Below, in pieces: positions 19,382-29,047 of a stretch of 64,000 nucleotides of DNA. Source of the stretch: Alkalispirochaeta sp. (GTDB lineage: Bacteria > Spirochaetota > Spirochaetia > DSM-27196 > Alkalispirochaetaceae); NCBI GenBank assembly GCA_965242725.1, contig CBDESZ010000023.1, positions 1-64,000 on the forward strand, in the 5' to 3' direction. A program made the translations under genes and the position numbers. Position 1 is the first letter of the stretch. Every line of letters begins with the position of its first letter. The notes under the pieces were generated by a model, which worked only from the letters and a program-made list of their open reading frames with translations, made no database searches and was not told the DNA's origin.

Positions 19382-19833
19382 AAATCGCCATCGGATGTGA
19401 CCCCAACGCCGCACCGCTGAAGAGGGAGGTGATCGAAGAGCTCGAGAGTCTCGGCCACACCCTTACCGATTTCGGATCGGACGACCCGATTTACGCCAAT
19501 GTGGTGATCGAGGTGGCCGAGGCGGTGGTCCGGGGAGACTTTGACCGGGGGGTGGTGATGTGCGGCACAGGAATCGGCGCGAGCATCGCCGCCAACAAAG
19601 TGCCCGGCGCCTACTGTGCGCAGGTGACCGACTGCTATCAGGCTGAGCGTGCGGCCCTCTCCAATGACGCCAACATGATCGCCATGGGTCAGCAGGTGAC
19701 GGGGAATATGGTTGCCCGCATGATGGCACGGACCTACTTTCAGCACACCGGCAATTTCGACGTCACCGGCCGCAGCGCGCCCAAAGTGCAGCGCATCTAC
19801 GACTACGCGGCGGAAAAGCACGATTCCCGTTAA
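19378..19833 (+). CDS. RpiB/LacAB-family sugar-phosphate isomerase (possibly DerI-like)
   Basis: MKIAIGCD, CGTGIG, ANKVPG; canonical RpiB histidines replaced (DPNA, SNDAN, GRSAPKV). Confidence 0.85.
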   Translation: MKIAIGCDPNAAPLKREVIEELESLGHTLTDFGSDDPIYANVVIEVAEAVVRGDFDRGVVMCGTGIGASIAANKVPGAYCAQVTDCYQAERAALSNDANMIAMGQQVTGNMVARMMARTYFQHTGNFDVTGRSAPKVQRIYDYAAEKHDSR

Positions 19834-19885
19834 TTACGTTCCCCGCTGACTGGGAATAGACTGCCATACGGCGTCGCCACGACGT

Positions 19886-19945
19886 ATCAGAGACGACGAT
19901 CCCGTCGTCTCTGATTTCCGGAACCGGAACTGCCTCCGGTTCCGG
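19886..19945. terminator. Two tandem perfect hairpins between convergent genes
   Basis: ATCAGAGACGACG-ATCC-CGTCGTCTCTGAT (13 bp) and CCGGAACCGGA-ACTGCC-TCCGGTTCCGG (11 bp). Confidence 0.6.
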
Positions 19946-19954
19946 CGCTCCACG

Positions 19955-21178
19955 TCACACAAATCGCCGCAAAAAGGGGTCTCTTTTCCACAAGAGTCCG
20001 ATGAAGAGCGCCCCGCCGGCGGGAAAGAGCGCCATGACGCCGTACATACCGGTGAAGCCGAACGCCTCAATTACATATCCACCGATGATGGAACCCAGGA
20101 ATACGGCCATTCCCATTCCCAGGGCGTTAAAGGCGGTGAGGGCCGTCGCCCGCCGTTCTGCAGGAGCGACGTGGTTGACGTAGGCGATGCCGGCGCTCAG
20201 CATGAGACCGAACGTCACGGCGTGGAGCAGCTGAATGAGTGCCACAACGGGCAGGGCGGGCTCCAGGGCATAGGCGATCAGTCGTACCGACATGAGTGCT
20301 CCTGAGACGGTGAGGAGAAAACCCATACCGAATCGTCGAATGAGCTTTCCCGAATAAAAAATGATAGGTATTTCGCTGAGTGCGCCGATTGCCCAATAGA
20401 GCGTCACCGACGTGACCGACAATGTGTTGCGGAGATACAGGGAGAAAAAGGAGTTGTATGCGCCGAACGCAATATTGCCCAGGCCGATCGCCGCGATGAC
20501 AAGCCATATGGAGGGGGGTATGGAACCATTCCGCGGTTTTTCCGAGGGTGCCGTCGACCCTGAGCCATCAGAAGAAACCGCAGTTTTTGTTCCTTCCGGG
20601 GGGACGAGTCCGTCGGTGGACGTACCGGATCTTCTGAGAGTATTCAACGGCGGCGGCACAAAATAGACGACGGCCGAAAAGGCGAGAATCGATCCGATAA
20701 AGGCGATGAGTATTGAGACGGCGCTGTCCGGATTGATGAGACGAAATGCGGGAATGATGACACTGGTAACGGCAAAGCCGATGCTGCCCATGACGCGGAC
20801 CTTTCCGTACTCCTCCCGCGGCGACTGGAGAACGGTTCCGGCGACGGCATCGGTAAGGGGAACGCTCGTCTTGAAGAGAAAACCGGCAATGCCCGAAACG
20901 ACCAGCGCAGCCGCGAGGGGCAGTTTGAAAATCAGGACGGCAAAGACAACTCCCGCGGACATCGTCCCGAGGATTTTCAGCTCCCGAAATCGTCCCGTTC
21001 TGTCCGCAATTTCACCGAATACGATAGGTCCGGCGACACCGAGTATTTCAAAGATGCCGATGAGCAGTCCCACTTCCCGGGGTGAATATCCCGACGCATC
21101 GAGAAGAAGCTGGTAGTGGGGTACCACTACGGCATACATGGCAAAGACGAAAAAATAGTACGCCCGCAGGGCATTCAT
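19955..21178 (-). CDS. MFS transporter (MFS_1-like/nucleoside-H+ symporter-like)
   Basis: GEIADRTGR, YGKVRVMGSIGF, QLLHAVTFGL. Confidence 0.85.
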   Translation of the reverse strand: MNALRAYYFFVFAMYAVVVPHYQLLLDASGYSPREVGLLIGIFEILGVAGPIVFGEIADRTGRFRELKILGTMSAGVVFAVLIFKLPLAAALVVSGIAGFLFKTSVPLTDAVAGTVLQSPREEYGKVRVMGSIGFAVTSVIIPAFRLINPDSAVSILIAFIGSILAFSAVVYFVPPPLNTLRRSGTSTDGLVPPEGTKTAVSSDGSGSTAPSEKPRNGSIPPSIWLVIAAIGLGNIAFGAYNSFFSLYLRNTLSVTSVTLYWAIGALSEIPIIFYSGKLIRRFGMGFLLTVSGALMSVRLIAYALEPALPVVALIQLLHAVTFGLMLSAGIAYVNHVAPAERRATALTAFNALGMGMAVFLGSIIGGYVIEAFGFTGMYGVMALFPAGGALFIGLLWKRDPFLRRFV

Positions 21179-22596
21179 GAAATACTCTCGTCGGGGTCAG
21201 GACACCCCGATAGATCGTTACCGCTCGACCCGTCAGATGCGGGCGCGGGCTCTCCGGCCTTCGGGACTGTACCATTGCTCTTCTTTTTTGAAGATTGGCG
21301 CGGCGGGCGCGGCTGACGAGGTGCGGTACGGGGTCTGCGGAGCATACCGAGAGTGACCTGTGTCGTACGCGGTACCGTTCGGTACGTCGCCTTTGCACCT
21401 CTGACGAGAAACTCCGGTACCGTGTGAAGTCTGAGGAGGCCGAAACTGAGATACCCTACTAAAATGACGGCGATAACGAGATAGAGTGTTTCCGGGCCGA
21501 ACCGTCCCATACCCGCCGAGGCGAGGAGGGGGCCGATAATGGAGCCCACCCCGTAAAACACGTACAATGCGCTCGCGGCCTCGATCATTTCATCGGTCTT
21601 GAGCTGGTCGTTTACCGTTGCTATGGCGAGAGGGTAGAGGGGAAGCATAAAGCCACCGATAAGAAAGCCCATGACCAGCAGGAACGCGCCCATTTCCCCG
21701 GCAAAGGTCATGCCCAACGCAGCGGCGGTCGCCACGGCGGAACTGACGATGAGGGCGATACGCCGGTCCTTGTGGTCGGAAATCCACCCGAGAGGAAGCT
21801 GAAGCGCGATGGTTCCCAATGCGATAACGAGGAGGAACAAACCGATCGATCCGTCACTGAGACCGATGATCTGGGCATACCGCGGGGTGAGGGTGACGTG
21901 AGCACCGATGACCGCGCCGCTGACGATGACTCCCGAGGCTCCGAGGGGCGATTTCCGGAACATCCCGCCCAATCTGATACGGACACTAGTGACACAGGGA
22001 TTTCCCGTTACCTGTGCCAGCCCGACAGGAAGGACACACAGGGAAATGAGAATTGACGTGATTCCGAACAGGTTGAACTGTGCCGGCGTGAATATCGCGA
22101 GGAACGGCTGGGTAGCGCCGTTTGCCGCAAGAAACACGATTCCGTATATCGAAAGAATGCGGCCGCGGCTCTTGTTCCCGGCGGACGCATTAAGCCAGCT
22201 CTCCACAACAACGAGGACAATGGCCACGCAGGCGCCGTGAATGAACCGGAACACCGTCCACCAGAAGGGTGATATGACAAGGACGTGGGCGAGGGAAGTT
22301 GCGGAAGCCAGCGATGAAAAAGCGGCAAAGGTGCGGACATATCCGACGTCACGAATCATGACCAGTGCGAGAAAAGAACCGCCCAGCATACCCGCATAGT
22401 ATCCTGCACTCATGATTCCGATCGCCTGTTCGCTGAAGCCCTCCAGGCCGGCGCGAAGAGAGACCGCCGTCGTCTGCAATGCCGATCCGCCGGCGAGAAG
22501 GAAAATACTTGCAAATATGGCCATGATCGTTGTTGAAACCGCCGCCGCGCCGAAATCTCTTGACGAGCTCGAAGCGTCGGGTGGAGGTGCGTTCAT
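21175..22596 (-). CDS. MFS transporter (YcaD-like)
   Basis: VVESWLN, QLPLGWISDHKDRR, PLYPLAIATVND. Confidence 0.85.
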   Translation of the reverse strand: MNAPPPDASSSSRDFGAAAVSTTIMAIFASIFLLAGGSALQTTAVSLRAGLEGFSEQAIGIMSAGYYAGMLGGSFLALVMIRDVGYVRTFAAFSSLASATSLAHVLVISPFWWTVFRFIHGACVAIVLVVVESWLNASAGNKSRGRILSIYGIVFLAANGATQPFLAIFTPAQFNLFGITSILISLCVLPVGLAQVTGNPCVTSVRIRLGGMFRKSPLGASGVIVSGAVIGAHVTLTPRYAQIIGLSDGSIGLFLLVIALGTIALQLPLGWISDHKDRRIALIVSSAVATAAALGMTFAGEMGAFLLVMGFLIGGFMLPLYPLAIATVNDQLKTDEMIEAASALYVFYGVGSIIGPLLASAGMGRFGPETLYLVIAVILVGYLSFGLLRLHTVPEFLVRGAKATYRTVPRTTQVTLGMLRRPRTAPRQPRPPRQSSKKKSNGTVPKAGEPAPASDGSSGNDLSGCPDPDESIS

Positions 22597-22667
22597 GATG
22601 ACGTGCTACCACACATGTTCAGGTGGAATCAATAGTCAGACGGATCGACGTTGCGGTCCCTCAACGG

Positions 22668-23363
22668 TCACTCTCGTTTGATGAAAGAAACGACATCTCC
22701 GTATTCTTCCACCGCGTGTATCCCTTCCGGAGAGAGACGGTACCAGCCCCGTTCTATCCGGTCGAACCACCCATAATGGTTTGCCGACAGGATTCTTCCG
22801 CACTCCTTCGGACCACCGGCGAGACGAATGTGCTGTGGCGTTGCACGCTCCTTTTCCCGAAGTATCGCCGCCGTCAGCAAAGCCCGCTGGCGATAGGCGG
22901 AAAAACGTCGCGTCGTTGACGGCTGGCCGCCGCGATTGAACTCTCCGTAGCGGTGGTCAATTTCCCGGATGATGGCTGCGCGACGGCGATGCCGTCGCCG
23001 CGGCGAAAACTCACCCGGGTGGACGACGAGTTCTATCCGTATACCCGAGCGCAGGAAGCGTACATAAATGAGACCGAGCTCGAGTCGTCGTAATGTCTGC
23101 AGGAGGGCGCGGCTGTTTCTCAGTGTCGCTTTCGCGCCGTGGAGGGGGACGGCAAGATAGACTGCATCGGTAATCTCTTTGCGCCGCACCCCCTGATTGA
23201 CGAGGTCGAGACTCATCCGCGTCTTGAGTTCCACGATAATAAGCTCGTCGGGATCGTCTGGTTTCTGCGCAACGATATCGCAATCCCGTACTTCCGAGGA
23301 AACACGGTAACCCTGTCCCTCCAGCCATGTCGCGACCGGTCCAAATAGCTCTTCTTCTCTCAT
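22668..23363 (-). CDS. DUF2161-family putative PD-(D/E)XK protein
   Basis: MREEELFGPVATWLEGQGYRVSSEVRDCDIVA...IVELK, SAYRQRAL, NHYGWFDRIERGWY. Confidence 0.8.
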   Translation of the reverse strand: MREEELFGPVATWLEGQGYRVSSEVRDCDIVAQKPDDPDELIIVELKTRMSLDLVNQGVRRKEITDAVYLAVPLHGAKATLRNSRALLQTLRRLELGLIYVRFLRSGIRIELVVHPGEFSPRRRHRRRAAIIREIDHRYGEFNRGGQPSTTRRFSAYRQRALLTAAILREKERATPQHIRLAGGPKECGRILSANHYGWFDRIERGWYRLSPEGIHAVEEYGDVVSFIKRE

Positions 23364-23460
23364 TCCTGGGGGAGTATCATAGAAAATTATAGAAATATTG
23401 TGTATCTTTAGAAGAAACAAGGTGTTTGAAATTAGATAAAGCCGCTGAAGTGAGGGCAAA

Positions 23461-26433
23461 ATGAAAAGACAAACTCGATTCACATTGAATCTGTCTCTAC
23501 TTGCGTTATTTCTCGTTACTCCGTTCATCGTTTTTGCGGGGGGCGCCCAGGAAAACGCACCGCCGACCCTTGATATACCTGCACAACCGCGACAGTACAT
23601 CTCGCCCGCCAATGGGGACGACGTTCAGGATGTCCTGCGATTACCATTTTCCAATATCGTTGCGCCCGCTGAAGGGGCCGTCATCGTTGAGTACAATCTC
23701 AGTATCTATGACGCCGATGGCGGGCTTGTCGCCCTCTCCAGGGAGGTTCAAACGGAACGACGCGGTTTTTTCGGTAATCTGTTCGGCGGCGAGAAGCCAC
23801 GGGTGGCAATTCCCGATACCCTCGTGTGGGACGGCACGTGGAACGTTCCGGAGGGAGAGACACCCCAGGGAGTGTCCAACGGCGATTTCGTGGAAGACGG
23901 TGAGTACACCTACCAGCTGACTGTCATCGATGACCAGAATCGTTTCAACCGGAGTGCGCCCTTTGCGGTCACGGTGGACAATACGCCGCCGGAAATCGGA
24001 GATCTCGCTTCTCCGGAATATACGGTGTTTTCCCCCAACGACGACGGAGTCCGCGACTCGATTGCGATACCACTCGCAGGTTCCCGTGAATTGCAGTGGA
24101 CAATTGAAGTGAAGAACGGGTCCGACGAAACTGTATATTCCGCGGTATTTGAAAATGAAAATCGGCGCCGCCGCGATCTCGATCCGGCACCGCCGGAGAC
24201 CTTTGTGTGGGACGGCCGCACCGGTACTACGGAAGAACGTGGTTCGGTTGCTCCGGAGGGTACGTATTACGTTGCATTGACGGGAACAGACCGCGCGGGA
24301 AACTCCACCCAGGGACGTCATCCGACGGAAATCGTCCTGGATCTCTCCGCTGCGGAACTCGCGGTGAATGTCGTTGACGGTAACCCCGCCTTCTCCCCCA
24401 ACGGCGATGGACGGCGGGATACGATTGATCTCGAAATCGTATCAACCCAGGATGAACTTGTCCGGTCGTGGCGGGTTGAAGTGTACAACTCCCGTCAGGT
24501 TGTCCGCACCTATAGGGGGAGCGGAAGCCCTCCCGATCGGTTGACCTTTGACGGAATGCGGGAGGACGGTTCACGTCTCGGCGACGGTACCATCCAGGTT
24601 CGAGTCCTCGGTGAAATGATCAACGGGACGACGGTCACCTCGGCACCCCTGAATCTGATAATAGATACGGCAGCTCCCTCACTCTCACTTACCGCCTCGA
24701 CCGCTCCTCAGCAGACGGCGGAAGGTCGTCCCCTGATCTTTGGAGCCGGTGAAAAGCGCCGCCTCGAGGCTTCGATCTCGCTGGAGACGGACGCTCAGTG
24801 GCAGTATCGCATTACCCATAACGGAGTCCCCGTCCTTTCGGGCGCTCTTGAAGATGTGATCCAGGAGGTAGACCTGCCTCTGGTACGTGAAAACGGACGG
24901 ACAAGCGTAAATCTCGTATGGGGCGGTGAAGCGCTCAATACGTCCGGCCCGGCAATGGACGGATTGTACGAGCTGGTCCTGACCGGTGAGGATCAGGCGG
25001 CGAACCGGCGGGAGTCCCAACCGTACCGGGTCATCAAGGACACTCGTACGCCCGGCGTACGACTTACCCTGGGTAGTGAGTATCTGTCACCCCTGTCTAC
25101 CGGTGGATTCTCCGATGTCGTCTTCCGGATCGACTACGGCGCCGCCGACATCATTGAGGAGTTTCTCTTTGAAGTCGCCGACGATGAGGGCCGGATGGTG
25201 CGCAGTTCCTATCAGCGACAGCCTTTTAATACCTTTCGCTGGAACGGGCTCACCAACGGCGGAACCGTTGCCCCCGACGGCGATTATTTCGGTCGTCTCC
25301 GCGTCGTCTATTTGAACGGCCATACCGCCGAGAGCGGAGAAGCCGGTCCCGTCCACGTCGATCGTACGGCGCCGCGCATTTCCCGGTTGACGGCGGAACC
25401 CCGGACATTCTCACCGGACGACGACGGCGAGAACGATACCGTCCTTATCCGGCAGCAGGTCGTTGCCGGTGATGACTGGACGGCGACGATGGTAAATGAG
25501 AATGGAGAGGAAGTATTCCGACGACGTTACAGCGATACCGTTGAATCATTTCGCTGGGACGGAAAAGGCGAAGGGGGAAATGTTCTTCCCGACGGGGACT
25601 ATACCTATACACTGACGTCCACCGACAACGCGGGGAATTCCACCCGGGAGCAACTCCTCATAACGCTGCGGACAACTCCTGTTGAGATACCACCGCCGGA
25701 AATGAGGCTCGGCGTGCGGCCCAATCCCTTCAGCCCCGACGGCGACGGCGTAGACGACACGGTTACCGTCTCGATTTCGATCGAGGGCGAAACTGAAATC
25801 GTCTCATGGAACGCCCGCATCCTCGATCACACGGGCAAGGTGTTCCGGACGTTCAGCGGCGAGGGAAGACCTCCGCGACAGATTCGCTGGAACGGATTGA
25901 GTGACAATAGAGTGCTTGTCGATTCCGCGCTGGATTACCCCTTTGAGATGACGATACGGGACGATCAGGACCACGTCGTCACCGAGAGGGTCACGATCGC
26001 CACGGACATACTCGTTTTCAGGGAGGGTGAAAACCGGTTGCGGATTCGCGTCTCCAGCATTCACTTTGCCGGAAATACTGCGGATCTATTTGCCGGTTCC
26101 GATGAAGAGCTTACAAGAAATCTTGACACCCTGCGCAGACTGGCGCGGATCCTCAATCGATATCCCGAACGGGAAATCATCGTAGAAGGCCACGCCGCAC
26201 ACATTTATCTTCAGGGCGAAGCGATGCGGGTGGAGCAGGAAGAGGTTCTCATTCCGCTCTCACGGGCACGGGCAACGGAAGTCATGCAGGCACTTATCAT
26301 ACTGGGAGTCGACCGGAACCGAATGCGCGTGGAAGCGTATGGTGGAAGCCGGCCGATCGTACCCCACGCCGACAGGGAGAATATGTGGCGGAATCGCCGG
26401 GTTGAATTTCTGTTGAATCGGCAGGGCAGGTAG
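23461..26433 (+). CDS. Large exported protein with repeated FlgD-like Ig domains and C-terminal OmpA peptidoglycan-binding domain
   Basis: Signal peptide ending FAGGAQE; repeated FSP(N/D)xDG and W(D/N)G..DGxY motifs; IHF...VEGHA...LSRARA...NRRVEF. Confidence 0.85.
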   Translation: MKRQTRFTLNLSLLALFLVTPFIVFAGGAQENAPPTLDIPAQPRQYISPANGDDVQDVLRLPFSNIVAPAEGAVIVEYNLSIYDADGGLVALSREVQTERRGFFGNLFGGEKPRVAIPDTLVWDGTWNVPEGETPQGVSNGDFVEDGEYTYQLTVIDDQNRFNRSAPFAVTVDNTPPEIGDLASPEYTVFSPNDDGVRDSIAIPLAGSRELQWTIEVKNGSDETVYSAVFENENRRRRDLDPAPPETFVWDGRTGTTEERGSVAPEGTYYVALTGTDRAGNSTQGRHPTEIVLDLSAAELAVNVVDGNPAFSPNGDGRRDTIDLEIVSTQDELVRSWRVEVYNSRQVVRTYRGSGSPPDRLTFDGMREDGSRLGDGTIQVRVLGEMINGTTVTSAPLNLIIDTAAPSLSLTASTAPQQTAEGRPLIFGAGEKRRLEASISLETDAQWQYRITHNGVPVLSGALEDVIQEVDLPLVRENGRTSVNLVWGGEALNTSGPAMDGLYELVLTGEDQAANRRESQPYRVIKDTRTPGVRLTLGSEYLSPLSTGGFSDVVFRIDYGAADIIEEFLFEVADDEGRMVRSSYQRQPFNTFRWNGLTNGGTVAPDGDYFGRLRVVYLNGHTAESGEAGPVHVDRTAPRISRLTAEPRTFSPDDDGENDTVLIRQQVVAGDDWTATMVNENGEEVFRRRYSDTVESFRWDGKGEGGNVLPDGDYTYTLTSTDNAGNSTREQLLITLRTTPVEIPPPEMRLGVRPNPFSPDGDGVDDTVTVSISIEGETEIVSWNARILDHTGKVFRTFSGEGRPPRQIRWNGLSDNRVLVDSALDYPFEMTIRDDQDHVVTERVTIATDILVFREGENRLRIRVSSIHFAGNTADLFAGSDEELTRNLDTLRRLARILNRYPEREIIVEGHAAHIYLQGEAMRVEQEEVLIPLSRARATEVMQALIILGVDRNRMRVEAYGGSRPIVPHADRENMWRNRRVEFLLNRQGR

Positions 26434-26451
26434 GGTCGGAATCGATCGACC

Positions 26452-26479
26452 GCGGACGACACCGACGCGTGTCGTCCGC
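26452..26479. repeat. Perfect 11-bp inverted repeat downstream of the OmpA-domain gene
   Basis: GCGGACGACAC-CGACGC-GTGTCGTCCGC. Confidence 0.6.
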
Positions 26480-26507
26480 ACCGCCTGCCTCCAACCGGAT
26501 ACACCCG

Positions 26508-26536
26508 TTGTAATAAGAGGCGGAATGTTCTATACT
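26508..26536 (+). promoter_or_regulatory. sigma70 promoter of the small basic protein gene
   Basis: TTGTAA, 17-bp spacer, TATACT. Confidence 0.7.
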
Positions 26537-26580
26537 CCGGTTTCATTTTTACGAGATCATTAAAGGACTGAGGAGATAGT

Positions 26581-26778
26581 ATGTCTAAAGCACACCGTGG
26601 TCGTCCCCTGAAGGAAGAGACTCCCAATTCGGGACGTGGAAAATGCCCGGTCACCGGTCAAACAGGAGTGAAGCTTCTGTATGAACACGAGATTGACGGC
26701 AAGAAGGTAAAGATTTCCAAAATCGGCAAGGCTTCACTTGCAAATCAGAAGCGCCGCGAAGCTGCCGCTACGGCGTAA
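26581..26778 (+). CDS. Small basic protein (65 aa) with degenerate zinc-ribbon pattern; possible ribosomal protein
   Basis: SD GAGGAG, own promoter, K/R-rich, GRGKCPVTG...KISKIG. Confidence 0.75.
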   Translation: MSKAHRGRPLKEETPNSGRGKCPVTGQTGVKLLYEHEIDGKKVKISKIGKASLANQKRREAAATA

Positions 26779-26789
26779 GCCGGGACAAT

Positions 26790-26816
26790 AAAAAGGCCCG
26801 TCCATGCGACGGGCCT
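26790..26816 (-). terminator. Intrinsic terminator of ackA-coaX, probably bidirectional
   Basis: AAAA-AGGCCCGTC-CATGC-GACGGGCCT: 9-bp stem with U-tract on the minus strand. Confidence 0.75.
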
Positions 26817-26840
26817 CATTATATCCATTCATATTCCCGG

Positions 26841-27608
26841 TCAAGCGGGATTTTTTTCCGCCAGCAACCGTAAACCTTCCAGCGTCAGCCACTGATCGAC
26901 TTCATCAAAACAATCGGCAATTGGTGCAAACGTCTCCGCCAATCCCCCGGTAGCATATACCCGTGGTGACGTGCTCATCTCCGCAGACATACGCCGTATC
27001 ACCTCGTTTACCAGACCGACATAGCCATAGACGATGCCGCCCTGTATCGCGTGCTCCGTCGTGCGAGCAAGCGCATGGGGTGGAGGTACGAGATCGACAA
27101 CGGGGAGCTGTGATGTGTTGGTGCTGAGTGATCGCACGGCACTGCGAAGGCCGGGCGCGATGTTGACCCCGAGAATGACCCGGTCTGCGGAAACGGCGGT
27201 AAAGGTGAGGGCCGTACCAAAATCGACGACGATCGCTCCCTGATCCGTTCGGTGTGACGCGGCTACGGCGTTTGCGAGAAGGTCGCTACCCAGTTCCGGT
27301 GGAATGGGGACGTCCGGATTGAGCCCCGTGTTGAGGGTGTTGTTGACGAGCAACGGCGAACGCCCGGTGAGGCGTTCCACAACCGTCACAATCGTCGGCG
27401 TCAGCGCCGGAACGACCGAGCTGATCACCACCCGCTGTATGGTGCCAAGTTCGTGCTCCGAGAGGTGAATCAGATTCTGGGTGTATACCAGATATTCATC
27501 GGAGGTCTGTTCCGGATTGGTATGAAGACGCCAGTGCTCAAGCCACCGTGAGCCGTCCCATATGCCGAAGGCGATGTTTGTATTCCCGATGTCGATCGTA
27601 AGAATCAT
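26841..27608 (-). CDS. coaX: Type III pantothenate kinase
   Basis: IDIGNTN, SSVVP, LGSDLLAN, VDFGTALT, ATGG. Confidence 0.93.
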   Translation of the reverse strand: MILTIDIGNTNIAFGIWDGSRWLEHWRLHTNPEQTSDEYLVYTQNLIHLSEHELGTIQRVVISSVVPALTPTIVTVVERLTGRSPLLVNNTLNTGLNPDVPIPPELGSDLLANAVAASHRTDQGAIVVDFGTALTFTAVSADRVILGVNIAPGLRSAVRSLSTNTSQLPVVDLVPPPHALARTTEHAIQGGIVYGYVGLVNEVIRRMSAEMSTSPRVYATGGLAETFAPIADCFDEVDQWLTLEGLRLLAEKNPA

Positions 27609-28978
27609 CAGTCACACTCGACTTCGTCGGGTTTTTCAGGAGAGGGAGGAGAAACGACGATGCTCTCCAGGCCGCCGAACTTCTGAAAGTCCCGGTCCAC
27701 ACACCCGTTGCGTTCGACATTCACATACTCCGCGTCCTGAAAGGAATATCTGAAGTTTGTATGAACGTCATATGTGCCGGTGACGAGGGCGTAGGTGTCT
27801 TCAGTCATTACCAGTTCCTCGTCGGTGGGGATGACGAAAATCCGCACGGGAGAGTCGTCTGTGCTGATATCGGTCTCCGCGTTCTTTGTCTTGGAAAGCT
27901 GATTTTTGTCGGGGTCAACCTTGATACCCATAAACGACAGGCCCTCAAGGGCTTTTCCGCGAATGACCGGACCTCGTTCGCCGACTCCGGCGGTAAAGAC
28001 GACGGCGTCGACACCGCCGATTGCGGCCGCGTAGGCACCTATGTACTTCCGCAGGCGGTATGATTCAACTTCGATGGCGAGTTGGGCCTGTTTGTGGCCC
28101 TTTTCAGCGGCGATTTCGATATCACGTCTGTCCACAAACTCCTCGGTGATTCCAAGGACACCGCTCTTTTTGTTGAGGGTCCGTTCCAGCTCCTCCGCAG
28201 AGAGGCCAAGCTGATTCATCACGTAAAACGGTATCGCCGGGTCGATGTCGCCGCTGCGGGTACCCATTACCAGGCCTTCCAGCGGGGTGAGGCCCATGCT
28301 CGTATCGACGGAGACGCCGTTCTTTACGGCACAGATGCTGGCACCGTTACCGATATGGGCGATGATAAGGTTTGTCTCTTCCGGACGTTTTCCGAGGAGA
28401 ACTGCCGCGCGTTTGGCGGTGTAGAGAAAAGACGTCCCGTGAAAACCGTATCGGCGGACACCGTGCTCCCGATACCACGCATAGGGGAGGGCGTAGGTAT
28501 ACGCATGGGCAGGCATCGTCTGATGCCACGCGGTATCCATGATCGCGCAATGGGGAACTTTGGGCAAAACCGTCTGGGCCGCGGTGATACCCTGAATGTT
28601 GGCGGGATTATGCAGCGGCGCCAGGTCCTGGATTTTGCGAAATGTTTCAATGACGTCATCATTGACGATGACCGATTTCTTGAACGCCTCACCGCCGTGA
28701 ACGACACGGTGACCCACCGCCTTGACCTCATCCATTGATGAAATGGCGCCGTGCTTGTCGTCAACAAGCGTATTCATAATGAGCTGAATCGCTTCCGTGT
28801 GGGTGGGGCAGGGGTGCTGAATCTCCAGTTCATCCGCGCCGGGTACCTTGTGAATGATCATTGATCCTTCCTGGGTGACCCGTTCTACGATGCCGCTGGC
28901 AAGGACATCCCGCTTTTTCCAATCGTATAGCTGGTATTTAACCGAAGAACTTCCACAGTTGAGTGTGAGAATAATCAT
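27608..28978 (-). CDS. ackA: Acetate kinase
   Basis: [49 protein letters not shown]. Confidence 0.96.
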   Translation of the reverse strand: MIILTLNCGSSSVKYQLYDWKKRDVLASGIVERVTQEGSMIIHKVPGADELEIQHPCPTHTEAIQLIMNTLVDDKHGAISSMDEVKAVGHRVVHGGEAFKKSVIVNDDVIETFRKIQDLAPLHNPANIQGITAAQTVLPKVPHCAIMDTAWHQTMPAHAYTYALPYAWYREHGVRRYGFHGTSFLYTAKRAAVLLGKRPEETNLIIAHIGNGASICAVKNGVSVDTSMGLTPLEGLVMGTRSGDIDPAIPFYVMNQLGLSAEELERTLNKKSGVLGITEEFVDRRDIEIAAEKGHKQAQLAIEVESYRLRKYIGAYAAAIGGVDAVVFTAGVGERGPVIRGKALEGLSFMGIKVDPDKNQLSKTKNAETDISTDDSPVRIFVIPTDEELVMTEDTYALVTGTYDVHTNFRYSFQDAEYVNVERNGCVDRDFQKFGGLESIVVSPPSPEKPDEVECD

Positions 28979-29047
28979 TATGAATTCGCCTCCAAGATGG
29001 GTGTCTGGACAGTATTCCACAGACCAGGCAAATTTGGAAGGGCGGAG

